DNA of 64,000 bases from the NCBI GenBank assembly GCA_026196475.1, contig JAPHTA010000014.1, positions 934-64,933 on the forward strand, given 5' to 3'. Positions 47,361 through 57,567 of this stretch are shown piece after piece. Both the position numbers and the translations under genes were made by a program. The notes under the pieces are model-generated. The model saw only the letters and a list, made by a program, of their open reading frames with translations. It did not search any database and had not been told where the DNA came from. Each line of letters begins with the position of its first letter. Position 1 is the first letter of the stretch. This DNA is from Sedimenticola sp. Lineage in GTDB: Bacteria; Pseudomonadota; Gammaproteobacteria; Chromatiales; Chromatiaceae.

Positions 47361-50105
47361 ATGACAGATAATCCTGAACCCCTAAACATCGGGGTATCAT
47401 TCATTCTCAATGGCGAAAACATAACCGCACGGGAAGGTGAAACCATCCTGCAAGTTGCCCAACGCCACAATGTTCAGATACCCCGCCTCTGCTATGCCGA
47501 CACACTGCGAGCAGACGGCAATTGTCGATCCTGCGTGGTGGAAATCGCCGGTGAGCGCGTTCTGGCGCCATCCTGCTGCCGCTATCCAACCGAAGGCATG
47601 TCCGTTCAGAGCAACTCCCATCGAGCGACCACAGCGCAAAAAATGGTACTCGAGTTGCTGAAAGCCGACGCGCCAGATACCCATTTGTCAAAATCCAACA
47701 GCGAACTGGATTTCTGGTGCAAAAAAATGGAGGTTGCCAAGCCGCGTTTTGCGTCACGTCGGCAACCGCGTCAGGATACCTCTCATCCAGCCATCACCGT
47801 AAGCATGGCTGCCTGCATTCAATGTGGCCGATGTCTTCGTGCCTGTCGTGAAGAGCAGGCGAATGACGTTATTGGCCTTTCAGGCCGTGGAGGTCACTCA
47901 CTTATCACATTTGATTTGAGTGATCCTCTGGGTGACTCCAGTTGCGTCGGTTGTGGGGAGTGTGTACAGGCCTGCCCCACCGGCGCCCTGATGCCGGCTG
48001 GCGGCACCGGCAATCAGTCAATCGACCGGATGGTCCACTCTATCTGCCCCTATTGTGGGGTAGGCTGTCAGCTGACCTACCATGTAAAAGATAACCGGAT
48101 ACAGTTTGTGGAGGGACGTGATGGCCCCGCAAACCGGGGCCGCCTGTGCGTCAAGGGACGCTATGGTTTTGACTATGTGACTCATCGCCAGCGACTGACC
48201 AGGCCCCTTATTCGTAAACCCGGCGCCTCCAAGCATGAAGAAATGGATATGGATTATGACAATCCATTGCGCGATTTTCGTGAGGCGAGCTGGGAAGAAG
48301 CATTGGAGTATGCCGCAGGGGGGCTGAAACAGATCCGTGACTCCAGGGGACCGGGAGCATTGGCAGGCTTTGGATCTGCCAAGGGATCCAATGAAGAGGC
48401 CTATCTATTTCAGAAACTTATCCGTACGGGCCTAAATACTAACAACGTCGATCACTGCACACGCCTGTGTCATGCATCATCGGTAGCGGCGTTGTTACAA
48501 ATGATTGGATCGGGTGCAGTTTCCAACCCCGTATCCGATGTGGATTCGTGTGAAGTCATGGTTTTGATTGGATCGAATCCCACTGCTAATCATCCTGTAG
48601 CCGCCACCTTCTTCAAGAACGCCGTACGTGACGGAAAGACCCTTATTGTCATGGATCCTAGGATAACCGACATCGCGCGTTACGCGGACCACGTGCTGCA
48701 GTTCAATCCCGACACGGATGTTGCAATGCTCAACGCCATCATGCATGCCGTGATAAAGCTCGACTTGGTTGACAGCGATTTTGTTGAAAAACGTACAGAA
48801 GGATTCGAAGCACTAAGGCGGCATCTGGAAGACTACTCCCCGGAAAGAATGGCGCCAGTATGTGGTATACCCGCTGATACCCTCTACGAAACCGCGAGAG
48901 TCTATGCCAGTTCAAAAGGGTCGATGATATTCTGGGGTATGGGAGTATCACAACACGTACATGGTACCGACAATGCTCGTTGCCTGATTAACCTGGCGTT
49001 GATAAGCGGACAGATCGGCAAAGTAGGCAGTGGGCTGCACCCGCTAAGGGGCCAAAACAATGTCCAGGGTGCTTCCGATGTCGGCCTGATCCCGATGGTT
49101 TATCCGGATTATCAGCGGGTTGACGATATATCTGTACAAAAAAAGTTTGAGGCGCTATGGCAGACCAGGCTTGCGTCAGATCCAGGATTGACAGTGGTCG
49201 AGATCATGCACGCCATACACGATGGATCCATAAGCGGCATGTACATTATGGGGGAGAACCCGGCCATGTCGGATCCCAATCTTAATCATGCCAGGAAAGC
49301 TCTTGCCACCTTGGAACACCTTGTGGTCCAGGATATTTTCATGACCGAGACAGCACACTATGCGGATGTCATCCTGCCGGCTTCTGCCTTTCCTGAAAAA
49401 ACCGGAACCTTCACCAATACGGACAGACGTGTACAGATGGGTCGACAAGCGATAAGTCCACCGGGGGAGGCACGCCAGGACCTCCAGATTATCGTGTCAA
49501 TGGCCAGGAAACTTGGATTAAGTTGGAATTACAGAGAGCCGCGTGACGTTTTCAATGAAATGCGACTGGCCATGCCCAGCATTGCAGGCATTTCCTGGGA
49601 ACGCCTTGATGCCGAGAGTGCTGTCACGTATCCCTGCACTCAGGAGGGTGACCCGGGCGAAGCGGTCATTTTTCAGAAAGTTTTTCCTCGCGATGGCGGA
49701 AAAGCAGCATTGATGCCGGCCACGTTCAACCGAGCCGATGAACTCCCTGATGTAGAGTATCCGAATATCCTGATTACCGGGAGGCAACTGGAGCACTGGC
49801 ATACCGGTGCAATGACACGACGTGCAAGTATACTGAACCGTCTTGAGCCGACGCCGGTTGCCATGCTACACCCGGATCATTTGCAGAAAATTGGATTAAA
49901 ACCCGGTCAATACGTCCTTTTGCAATCAAGACGAGGGGAAGTAGTCACTCAGACACGAAGCGATCGTGGTCTTAAGCCGGGGCAGATATTTCTACCCTTC
50001 TGCTACTACGAGGCGGCCGCTAATCTCTTGACTAACGAAGCATTGGACCCAGACGGAAAGATTCCAGAATTCAAATTCTGTGCCGTTCGCGTCGAGCCTG
50101 CGTGA
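47361..50105 (+). CDS. fdsA: Formate dehydrogenase catalytic subunit (Mo/W-bis-PGD, NAD-linked FdsA/FdhF type, Cys form)
   Basis: It has an N-terminal 2Fe-2S, His/Cys and 2x4Fe-4S ferredoxin modules, and the MopB 4Fe-4S motif CPYCGVGC. The active-site region VDHCTRLCHASS carries Cys, with no in-frame TGA. Confidence 0.92.
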   Translation: MTDNPEPLNIGVSFILNGENITAREGETILQVAQRHNVQIPRLCYADTLRADGNCRSCVVEIAGERVLAPSCCRYPTEGMSVQSNSHRATTAQKMVLELLKADAPDTHLSKSNSELDFWCKKMEVAKPRFASRRQPRQDTSHPAITVSMAACIQCGRCLRACREEQANDVIGLSGRGGHSLITFDLSDPLGDSSCVGCGECVQACPTGALMPAGGTGNQSIDRMVHSICPYCGVGCQLTYHVKDNRIQFVEGRDGPANRGRLCVKGRYGFDYVTHRQRLTRPLIRKPGASKHEEMDMDYDNPLRDFREASWEEALEYAAGGLKQIRDSRGPGALAGFGSAKGSNEEAYLFQKLIRTGLNTNNVDHCTRLCHASSVAALLQMIGSGAVSNPVSDVDSCEVMVLIGSNPTANHPVAATFFKNAVRDGKTLIVMDPRITDIARYADHVLQFNPDTDVAMLNAIMHAVIKLDLVDSDFVEKRTEGFEALRRHLEDYSPERMAPVCGIPADTLYETARVYASSKGSMIFWGMGVSQHVHGTDNARCLINLALISGQIGKVGSGLHPLRGQNNVQGASDVGLIPMVYPDYQRVDDISVQKKFEALWQTRLASDPGLTVVEIMHAIHDGSISGMYIMGENPAMSDPNLNHARKALATLEHLVVQDIFMTETAHYADVILPASAFPEKTGTFTNTDRRVQMGRQAISPPGEARQDLQIIVSMARKLGLSWNYREPRDVFNEMRLAMPSIAGISWERLDAESAVTYPCTQEGDPGEAVIFQKVFPRDGGKAALMPATFNRADELPDVEYPNILITGRQLEHWHTGAMTRRASILNRLEPTPVAMLHPDHLQKIGLKPGQYVLLQSRRGEVVTQTRSDRGLKPGQIFLPFCYYEAAANLLTNEALDPDGKIPEFKFCAVRVEPA

Positions 50106-50124
50106 TAAGTAAAAGAATCGAGTC

Positions 50125-50310
50125 ATGATCAAGGTAACCTGGAACAAAGCAGCCTGTACTCATGCGGGTGTATGCGTAAAAACCCTGCCCGATGTATTCA
50201 AGGTCGAACACGATCAACTTGTCATTCGTCCCAATGCCGACGATGAGAAGAAAATTGCAGGCGTTTGTTCCGCCTGCCCCTCAGGCGCACTCCATGTGGT
50301 GAGAGACTAG
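50125..50310 (+). CDS. Small divergent 4Fe-4S mono-cluster (DUF1271/Fer4_19-like) protein
   Basis: This 61-aa ORF has the pattern CTHAGVC ... CSACPSGAL, typical of that family. It lies immediately downstream of fdsA. Confidence 0.55.
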   Translation: MIKVTWNKAACTHAGVCVKTLPDVFKVEHDQLVIRPNADDEKKIAGVCSACPSGALHVVRD

Positions 50311-50425
50311 GCCTCTTTATCACCATGTATCCTCATGATTCGATAATCCGCATTGAAATTCCAACGATTTATCGAATATGCCGCCCCATGCTTTAGCCAA
50401 TGGGCCTTATGACTGGAGAAACTGC

Positions 50426-51223
50426 ATGAACAACCAAGCACTCATCCTGGAAGATATTCAGAATAGTGTTGATGAGCGCCAGATACCCATCAACAAGGTT
50501 GGTGTCAAGGGAATTCGTCACCCTGCCGTGGTCAAAGACAGAAGTGGTGGAGAACAACGTACAATTGCTGATTTCAGCCTTTACGTCAGCCTTCCGAAGC
50601 ATTTCAAGGGTACGCATATGTCTCGTTTTATCGAGATTATCAACGAACACGAAAAGGAGATAACGGTACGCTCGTTTCACGAAATGCTATTCGAGATCAA
50701 CAGTCGGCTGGAGGCAGAGACCAGCCTTGTGGAAATGCACTTCCCCTACTTCATTGAAAAATCTGCCCCGGTCACCGGCGTGAAGAGCCTCATGGACTAT
50801 GACATCAGCTTTATTGGGGAACTGAACCGAAGCAACCTCAGTGTGAGCATTAGAGTTGCCGTGCCTGCTACCAGCCTTTGTCCCTGTTCGAAAGGCATCT
50901 CTGAATACGGCGCACACAATCAGCGATCTCTGATCACGGTCACCGCACGTATCGGTGGTTTCATCTGGATAGAAGAATTGATCGACCTGATCGAGGGAGA
51001 AGCCTCCTGCGACCTGTATTCCGTTCTTAAACGACCCGATGAAAAGTATGTAACCGAGAAGGCGTATGACAATCCCAAGTTCGTTGAGGATATTGTCCGG
51101 GATATTGCGAATCGTCTGAATGTGGACAAACGCGTAACCAGCTATAGCGTCGAGTCTGAAAACTTTGAATCGATACACAATCACTCCGCCTACGCACTGA
51201 TAACCAGGGACAAGACCGGGTAA
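50426..51223 (+). CDS. folE2: GTP cyclohydrolase IB / MptA family (FolE2 type)
   Basis: The family N-terminus is [27 protein letters not shown], and the SLCPCSK metal site is present. The ATG at 50426 follows GGAGAA. Confidence 0.85.
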   Translation: MNNQALILEDIQNSVDERQIPINKVGVKGIRHPAVVKDRSGGEQRTIADFSLYVSLPKHFKGTHMSRFIEIINEHEKEITVRSFHEMLFEINSRLEAETSLVEMHFPYFIEKSAPVTGVKSLMDYDISFIGELNRSNLSVSIRVAVPATSLCPCSKGISEYGAHNQRSLITVTARIGGFIWIEELIDLIEGEASCDLYSVLKRPDEKYVTEKAYDNPKFVEDIVRDIANRLNVDKRVTSYSVESENFESIHNHSAYALITRDKTG

Positions 51224-51318
51224 TCTGTCTTTTGTTGACTATTACAATGCGTTACATAGACAACTGATAACAGGTCTTTTTCTATTCAATCTTCAATCAT
51301 AGTTACGGGGGAATTATC

Positions 51319-51597
51319 ATGTTGACAAACTATCCAGAAGATAGCGTCCTGAAACGACATGCCTTGTCGGCGGAATATTTCAAACGCGCAGAGGCCGTTA
51401 ATATGATACCTACTGACTCAATACTGTTACGACACTATCTACAGCGAAACGCGGCCGGGACGATTACAACTGACACGGTAACAGCAGATCAGTTGGTGGA
51501 TGCCGTAGCAACCATAGACCACTCACAACCGGGTTATCCGGATAAGCCAAAAAGGACCGGCCTACCAGGCTTTCTTGCACACCTTTTTGGCCTTTGA
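51319..51597 (+). CDS. Hypothetical 92-aa protein with an internal P-x-DS-[VI]-L-x-RH repeat
   Basis: The ORF lies in an AT-richer stretch. The repeat is PEDSVLKRHAL / PTDSILLRHYL. I recognise no family. Confidence 0.4.
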   Translation: MLTNYPEDSVLKRHALSAEYFKRAEAVNMIPTDSILLRHYLQRNAAGTITTDTVTADQLVDAVATIDHSQPGYPDKPKRTGLPGFLAHLFGL

Positions 51598-51642
51598 TTA
51601 ACCTCTAACATGGTATGCCTGCCTCCTCTCAGGGGATTCTAT

Positions 51643-52140
51643 ATGGACGAATATATTGTACTGGTAGACGCCAACGATCAACGGATTGGTATCGGTGAAA
51701 AGATTGCATCACATCGAAAGGGCCTCAGACATCGCGCTTTTTCTGTCATCTTGGTCAATGGCTCCAATATACTTCTTCAGCGGCGAAGCCCGAATAAATA
51801 TCACTCCCCCGGTTTGTGGGCAAATGCCGCCTGTGGACACCCCCGCCCTGACGAACACCTGCCGGCCGCCGCACACCGGAGACTCGAGGAAGAGATGGGT
51901 ATTCGCTGCGATCTGAGTTGGAAGGCGGTGACACATTACAAGGCCAAAGTCGGACAGGAAATGATCGAAAACGAGATAGTCCATCTCTTTTTTGGTCACT
52001 ACTCTGGTCCTGCGAACCCCGATCCAGACGAAGCTGGCGACTGGGGCTGGTACAGGTTGGAGACTATTCGCGAGCAGATCCAGGCCTCTCACCGGTATAG
52101 CTACTGGCTGAAGGAGTATTTCAGGCAGAGACTTATTTAG
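51643..52140 (+). CDS. idi: Isopentenyl-diphosphate delta-isomerase, type 1 (Nudix)
   Basis: It has LRHRAFSVILVN, the catalytic-Cys motif WANAACGHP and the Nudix-region RRLEEEMGI. The start is at the ATG at 51643. Confidence 0.85.
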   Translation: MDEYIVLVDANDQRIGIGEKIASHRKGLRHRAFSVILVNGSNILLQRRSPNKYHSPGLWANAACGHPRPDEHLPAAAHRRLEEEMGIRCDLSWKAVTHYKAKVGQEMIENEIVHLFFGHYSGPANPDPDEAGDWGWYRLETIREQIQASHRYSYWLKEYFRQRLI

Positions 52141-52186
52141 GCCCAGCATACTCAAAACGATCACATTTCAACTATACGAGAAAACC

Positions 52187-52573
52187 ATGAAGCAGAAGAT
52201 TTTCAAGGAAAAGTACTCTCTGTACGAGATCCGATATGGGAAAGAAGAGATCCGGCACAACAGTGTTGATGAAATAATTGCCGCTCTGAGCCATATGATA
52301 AAGGATCATCCGGTCATTGCTTACATTGACATTTTTGATCAATACCAACACACGAAAAATCTGAACGGTGAAATCGCTCCAAATATCCAGGCAGCCAAGA
52401 ATATCGTCTTCTGCTTCGGCATGGAACTCCCGACTCCCGAAGTATTGGCAGTTCGGCCACGCAGTATCGGTGTTTGTGATTTGGGTGACAGCTATGTCAT
52501 TAACTTCATGGAAGCACCCAATGCCCAAGCCAACAGGACCATGGTTGAAATGATACAGTCACTCAAATCCTAG
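52187..52573 (+). CDS. Hypothetical 128-aa protein
   Basis: This is a clean ORF in the AT-richer segment, convergent with the P-type ATPase gene. I cannot assign a family with confidence; a faint DUF302-like pattern is not enough to call. Confidence 0.4.
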   Translation: MKQKIFKEKYSLYEIRYGKEEIRHNSVDEIIAALSHMIKDHPVIAYIDIFDQYQHTKNLNGEIAPNIQAAKNIVFCFGMELPTPEVLAVRPRSIGVCDLGDSYVINFMEAPNAQANRTMVEMIQSLKS

Positions 52574-52587
52574 CAGTACAAGAGGCA

Positions 52588-54987
52588 TCAGCTTCCGGCA
52601 GTTTCCAGAGGTGCTTCTCTACCCAGCCTGGACCAATCATCAGCCTGGGACGAATGGATCTGTTCCTCTTGAACGTTCCAACTATCCTGCTCCAGTGTCC
52701 TGGAAGAGTTCCACACCACCAGTATACTGCTGGAAGCCATCGCAAGTGCCGCGAACAACGGATTCAGCAGGCCTGACAACGCCAGGGGAATGGCTATTGC
52801 GTTGTACAGTAGTGCCCAGCCCATGTTCTGACGAACCCGCCTGCGCACGGTCTTCAGCAGATCGAGTGCAATGGAAATACGATCCAGCCTGTCTCCCGGG
52901 ATAATCAGATCGGCGGCATCGGCCGCCAGAGACGTAGGCACTCCAAATGCGATGCCCAAATCCGCCGCCGCCAGCGCCGGTCCATCGTTGCTGCCGTCGC
53001 CTATCATGACAACCCCGCCCCGGCCCTGCTCGCGCAGCTGGCTGATTATGGCCGCCTTGGTCTCAGGGGGAACACCTGCATGGTGCATGTCTACAGCGAC
53101 CTCGTAGCCTTCGGTCCGTTCCGCACCCGTTAGCATGACAACACGATACTTTTCGCGTAAACCGGCCACAAACGTCTTCCATGCCGGACGGGGTTGATCA
53201 CCAGTCAAAATCGCACCAACCGCCTCGCCCGACCACCCGACATAGGATGTGACGCTACCCATCGGCTGACTTTTCACCTGGTCCAGCAACGATTTCGGTA
53301 TCGTCCAGCCCAATAACCTGAATAGTGCCTGGCTGCCGACCACCACTCTTTTGCCTTCAACCCACGCCTCTGCCCCTTTTCCGGGATGGATAACCGGATT
53401 CATCGCCTCACACCTGGCATCCAGCCTGGCGATGGCGGTGGCTACAGGGTGGTGCGAAAATCGCTCTACTGCAGCAGCGTTCCACTCCACCTCGGGTGGA
53501 CCGATGACTGCTGTCACCCGCATGACTCCTGTCGACAGGGTTCCGGTCTTGTCGAGAGCAATGGACTTGATATGCGCGGCCTTTTCATAGGCACCCGAGC
53601 GGCCGATTATGATGCCGTGTTTAAGTGCAGTACTGACGGCAGCCGCCGTTGTCAGCGGTACTGCCAACCCAAACGTGCAGGGGCAGGAGACAATCAGGGT
53701 GGCCAATCCAGCCAACAGGGCGGTCCCGGTCGGAGCACCGCTCAGCAATAAACCTGCTGTTACTGCGACTGCAAGAAATAGAACAAGGGGTACGAATATT
53801 CTGGCAAACCGGTCAGCCACTCCGAGTAAACCGTCCGATGTACTCTGCGCGCGCCATAGAATTCTGGCCAATGACTCCATCTGGCTCTCTACCGATTCAC
53901 CTACCGTCACGGTCAGCTCCCCTTCTACCAGGGTTGTCCCTCCAAGTACCTCCTCTCCAGAGCTACGGGTAACTGGATGTGGCTCCCCTGTCATCAGCGA
54001 CTCATCTAGCGCACCCATACCCTGGTAAATGGTTCCATTAACAGGCACGAATTCACCTTGCGAAACAACAAATCGATCCCCGGGAGTTAGCTCTTCCGTT
54101 CCAATTTCAACAAGCTTGTCGCCCTGAATCACCCTTGTCTTAGGATTCCAGGCTGAAATGATTCGGGAAAGTTCGGCGGTTGCAGCGAATTTCGCCTCTT
54201 TTTCAAAATATCGTCCGGCGGTTACTACCGTCACGATTACGGCAGCCACATCAAAATAGAGGTCGTGGGAACCGTGCAACATTTGGTAGGTACTGTAGCC
54301 ATAGGCGGCAAGGATGGCGATGGCGAGCAGATTATCCATGTTCAGAGACCCAGCCCTGATCCCTATCCATGCACCACGAAGAATCGGAAAACCCACGTAA
54401 ACGACCAGCAACGTCGTGAGAATAAACATCACGCGAGGTGCCGCATAGTAGGCCAGCCAATGCATCGAACTCAGATCATCCGCAGCTACCAGGCCCAGGT
54501 TCGTTGGGTAGAAGAAGGCCAGGTACAGCATCATGACAACAGCTGAAAGACTTACCCCCGTTAAAAGCCTGAGTAGCGGAAGGTTATCGCTGGACTGCTC
54601 GGCCATCCCGGACCTGAATCCGGCCTTGTAACCGGTACGAGTCAATATCCCGGGTAGTTCCGACTCGTCAATAATCTCGGGATCGTAGGTGACCCTGGCT
54701 GTGGAAGTCGCATAACAGGCTGTTACTTCCAGTACTCCTCTGGCCCGTTCTCCCAGTTTTTTGAGCATGAACTCACAGGAGGCACAATGCATTCCGTCTA
54801 TACGCAGGTAAGCCTCTCTACCCTCTACAGGGGACGAAGGCGTTTCGTTCTTGACCCGCTTGTAGGAATCCAGTATCTGATCGCCAAAATTTTCATAGAC
54901 CGTTTTACATCCGTAACAGCAAAAGCTATGGCCATCCTTCAGGACAGGCGGATTAGGAGTGGGCAAACCGCACAGTTTGCAGTTCAT
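52588..54987 (-). CDS. Copper-translocating P1B-type ATPase, CcoI/FixI-like paralogue
   Basis: It has an N-terminal CKLCG ... FCCYGCK domain plus an HMA site (GMHCASC), the TM CPC motif (VSCPCTFG), DKTGTLS and GDGSNDGP. Confidence 0.9.
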   Translation of the reverse strand: MNCKLCGLPTPNPPVLKDGHSFCCYGCKTVYENFGDQILDSYKRVKNETPSSPVEGREAYLRIDGMHCASCEFMLKKLGERARGVLEVTACYATSTARVTYDPEIIDESELPGILTRTGYKAGFRSGMAEQSSDNLPLLRLLTGVSLSAVVMMLYLAFFYPTNLGLVAADDLSSMHWLAYYAAPRVMFILTTLLVVYVGFPILRGAWIGIRAGSLNMDNLLAIAILAAYGYSTYQMLHGSHDLYFDVAAVIVTVVTAGRYFEKEAKFAATAELSRIISAWNPKTRVIQGDKLVEIGTEELTPGDRFVVSQGEFVPVNGTIYQGMGALDESLMTGEPHPVTRSSGEEVLGGTTLVEGELTVTVGESVESQMESLARILWRAQSTSDGLLGVADRFARIFVPLVLFLAVAVTAGLLLSGAPTGTALLAGLATLIVSCPCTFGLAVPLTTAAAVSTALKHGIIIGRSGAYEKAAHIKSIALDKTGTLSTGVMRVTAVIGPPEVEWNAAAVERFSHHPVATAIARLDARCEAMNPVIHPGKGAEAWVEGKRVVVGSQALFRLLGWTIPKSLLDQVKSQPMGSVTSYVGWSGEAVGAILTGDQPRPAWKTFVAGLREKYRVVMLTGAERTEGYEVAVDMHHAGVPPETKAAIISQLREQGRGGVVMIGDGSNDGPALAAADLGIAFGVPTSLAADAADLIIPGDRLDRISIALDLLKTVRRRVRQNMGWALLYNAIAIPLALSGLLNPLFAALAMASSSILVVWNSSRTLEQDSWNVQEEQIHSSQADDWSRLGREAPLETAGS

Positions 54988-55031
54988 TCCTGGCCTTCAC
55001 TTTCACCAAAGGAGCGTTCGCTCACGGTTTA

Positions 55032-55886
55032 TCACACAAACAGCACATCGAGTACCGTTCCTATCAGTAGCAGGGAAAGCTGAAGCAGTGATGCAAAGAA
55101 GCTTGCCATGGCATTTCGCCTGCCAGGATCCCTAATCATCAACAGGTTTCGATAGAGGAAATAACAACCCCCGCTCACGGCACCCGTAAGATACAGCCAA
55201 CCCATACCGTAAAAATAGGGCATTACAGAGATCGCCACCAAGATCAATGTGTTGCAAAGCACGACCTTGGCAGCGTATTCGTTACCTGCAATGGCTGGCA
55301 ACATGGGCACACCGGCTGCAGCATAGTCCTTGTTCTGAGCAATCGCCAGACTCCAGAAATGGGACGGTGTCCAGAAGAAGAGCACCAGGGCCAGTTGTAT
55401 TGGTACTGGCGAAAGCACCGGGTCCACGGTTGCGGCCCCCGCCAGTACGGCAAAGCTACCCGATGCCCCACCTATGACGATGTTCATCCAGGTACGCCGC
55501 TTCAGCCATACGGTGTACACTACCGCGTAAAAAAATGCGCCCAGGAAAATGTAGAGTGCCGCCATGCCATTCAGAACAGCAGCAGCTACCGCCACGCTGA
55601 CTAAAAGCAACCCGTTGATAACAATCAGCCAGAAAGGTCCCTTCGTTAGAGCGCCTGTCACAAAGGGTCGGTTTTTGGTCCGTGTCATCAGTGCATCGAG
55701 ATCCGCCTCATAATACTGATTGAACGCTCCCGCGCTGGCGGCCGCGACGAGAACGGCAATTGCCAGTACAGCAATTTCTGCAAGCGTCACCGATCGCCCT
55801 GGCGTAGCAGCCATTGCCACCAGCGCCGTTAACATCATGATAAAGCCTATTCGAAGCTTAAATAGATTAACCAATTGTTTAATCAT
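55032..55886 (-). CDS. Protohaem IX farnesyltransferase (haem O synthase), copy 2
   Basis: UbiA-family motifs are present (YYEADLDALMTRTKNRP, WTPSHFWSLAI). The ATG at 55886 is preceded by GAGGTG. It lies directly downstream of the divergent oxidase genes. Confidence 0.85.
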   Translation of the reverse strand: MIKQLVNLFKLRIGFIMMLTALVAMAATPGRSVTLAEIAVLAIAVLVAAASAGAFNQYYEADLDALMTRTKNRPFVTGALTKGPFWLIVINGLLLVSVAVAAAVLNGMAALYIFLGAFFYAVVYTVWLKRRTWMNIVIGGASGSFAVLAGAATVDPVLSPVPIQLALVLFFWTPSHFWSLAIAQNKDYAAAGVPMLPAIAGNEYAAKVVLCNTLILVAISVMPYFYGMGWLYLTGAVSGGCYFLYRNLLMIRDPGRRNAMASFFASLLQLSLLLIGTVLDVLFV

Positions 55887-56049
55887 GCAATCCCACCTCA
55901 CGCTTCACATCCAACGCTTTCTGTCGGCTGTTGAATATACAGTGCTTTATGTCGAAGCGGGCAGGACAAAGGGAGGTATCTACCTGCCCGCTTGACAAGC
56001 GCAACACCCTATTATGCTGCGACCCTACAAAGGGTTAACACGACCATTT

Positions 56050-57552
56050 TCATGAGATTGCTCTCGATTTGAAGAAGCTCTGCATGTAGGTGAAAAATCC
56101 GGCTATCAGAAAGAGGCCAAATACCAGGATGGCCACACCAACACTCATCCATCCACCTGCGTCCCAATCTGCGAAACGCCTCGGCATACCCATGGCACCA
56201 CCCGCAGCGAATGAATAAAGCAGGCCTACCGCACCAATGGTATAGAGCGTTACAAACCGGTTTCCGAGAACTTTATCGAGCTTTTTTCCTGTAATGACCG
56301 GATAGTGGTGGTAAAGCACACCCATCCACATCAGGGTCATGGCGATCAGAACCGACATCGCATGTCCACCCACCCAGAGGGTACCGTGGATCTGGTAGGA
56401 GACCGCCACATTGGCGGCAACCATGGCATTTACGCCATCCAGGATATAGACAACGAATCCAGCCAGGATCGCCATCAGGCCTGGCTCCGGCTTAATGCCG
56501 TGTTTCCAGATAGTCGCCAGAATCGTAAAGATCGAGAAAGCCGCACCAATACCAGTTCCCCAGCTCATGATGTTGCCATGATACGACAGCGCTGTGGGGA
56601 GGCCTGGGTTTGTCGTATAGAAGTGATGGAAAAAGGAGGTTACCGAAGTAACCAACAGTATCCAAAGTGCAAGATTGGCCAGTTTATCGCTATAAAGCTT
56701 GCGGGTTCCATCAGCCAGGTATAGTGGCAAGGTGGCGTAGACTGCACTGATGACCATGATGGCCATGGCTTCCATCAGATTGTGGGCGAAAATATAGAAC
56801 ACGTACTGGAAGACCACGGGTTCGGAAGCCCAGGTTACGGCTTCCAGTGGAACTATGCCGTACAGTGCGAGCAATAAGGCACCCGCCACAATCATCAGGG
56901 GTGTCCCCGTTACGAGCAGGATCATGATGGACATCACCATGCCGAGCATCCCGGGGTCCTTGAGTGAACGCGCTGAAAGAAGCAACTCTTCACGCTGTTC
57001 ACCGAAAAATGACATACGGATGATCTGGAATGGATACAGGAATATCATGGACGTGAGTACCAGGGCAATTCCGGTAAACCCGAGCACCACCATATTCATG
57101 CTCCAGGCGCCCATCTGCGCACCCACCAACGGAAGGGGGTACATGACAGTGTAGGTGATCTTCAAACCACCCAGTACCGCCAGAGTCAGTAGCACCGCGC
57201 CTCCATTCATGCAGATATAGATCAGCGCGGTCAGTTTCCCGGATGCCGGTTTACCCATACATCCACCAGACCGGTGCAGACTGATGCCCATCATAAACTG
57301 GAACAGGAACGGAAAAGCCAACGCCGCTCCATGCAGTGTGATTGCGGTATAGAACAGATCCGAACCCATTTCTGCCATCTGTATGACCGGCATGCCGACG
57401 CCAAGCAGGATGGCGACGACCAACCAGACGAATGACGTCATGATCATCATCGCCGGCCAGGTGTTGATATCAGACAGCCCTGTACTCTCGTCGACCTCAA
57501 ACATTTTCCCCAGGAGAGGGGTACGCCTTATTGTTGCAGCTAACATAGTCAT
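56050..57552 (-). CDS. Divergent haem-copper oxidase superfamily subunit I (NO-reductase-like active-site motifs)
   Basis: This 12-TM protein has helix II TLHGAALAF, helix VI FYIFAHNLME (H-x3-E, no cross-link Tyr), helix VII SFFHHFYT and helix X HGTLWVGGHAM (Met at the second His position of HxH). A GAGAGGAA ribosome-binding site lies upstream. Confidence 0.8.
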   Translation of the reverse strand: MTMLAATIRRTPLLGKMFEVDESTGLSDINTWPAMMIMTSFVWLVVAILLGVGMPVIQMAEMGSDLFYTAITLHGAALAFPFLFQFMMGISLHRSGGCMGKPASGKLTALIYICMNGGAVLLTLAVLGGLKITYTVMYPLPLVGAQMGAWSMNMVVLGFTGIALVLTSMIFLYPFQIIRMSFFGEQREELLLSARSLKDPGMLGMVMSIMILLVTGTPLMIVAGALLLALYGIVPLEAVTWASEPVVFQYVFYIFAHNLMEAMAIMVISAVYATLPLYLADGTRKLYSDKLANLALWILLVTSVTSFFHHFYTTNPGLPTALSYHGNIMSWGTGIGAAFSIFTILATIWKHGIKPEPGLMAILAGFVVYILDGVNAMVAANVAVSYQIHGTLWVGGHAMSVLIAMTLMWMGVLYHHYPVITGKKLDKVLGNRFVTLYTIGAVGLLYSFAAGGAMGMPRRFADWDAGGWMSVGVAILVFGLFLIAGFFTYMQSFFKSRAIS

Positions 57553-57567
57553 TTCCTCTCGTGTACT

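Noticed and set aside
47361-50105. Possible selenocysteine (in-frame TGA) in the formate dehydrogenase alpha subunit.
   Set aside because: The ORF is uninterrupted and the active-site position is Cys (VDHCTRLCHASS). No SECIS-type context is needed.
50338-50377. Possible Zur box in front of folE2.
   Set aside because: The inverted repeat does not resemble the AT-rich 7-1-7 Zur palindrome (TGTTATAWTATAACA-like). It is reported only as an uncharacterised repeat.
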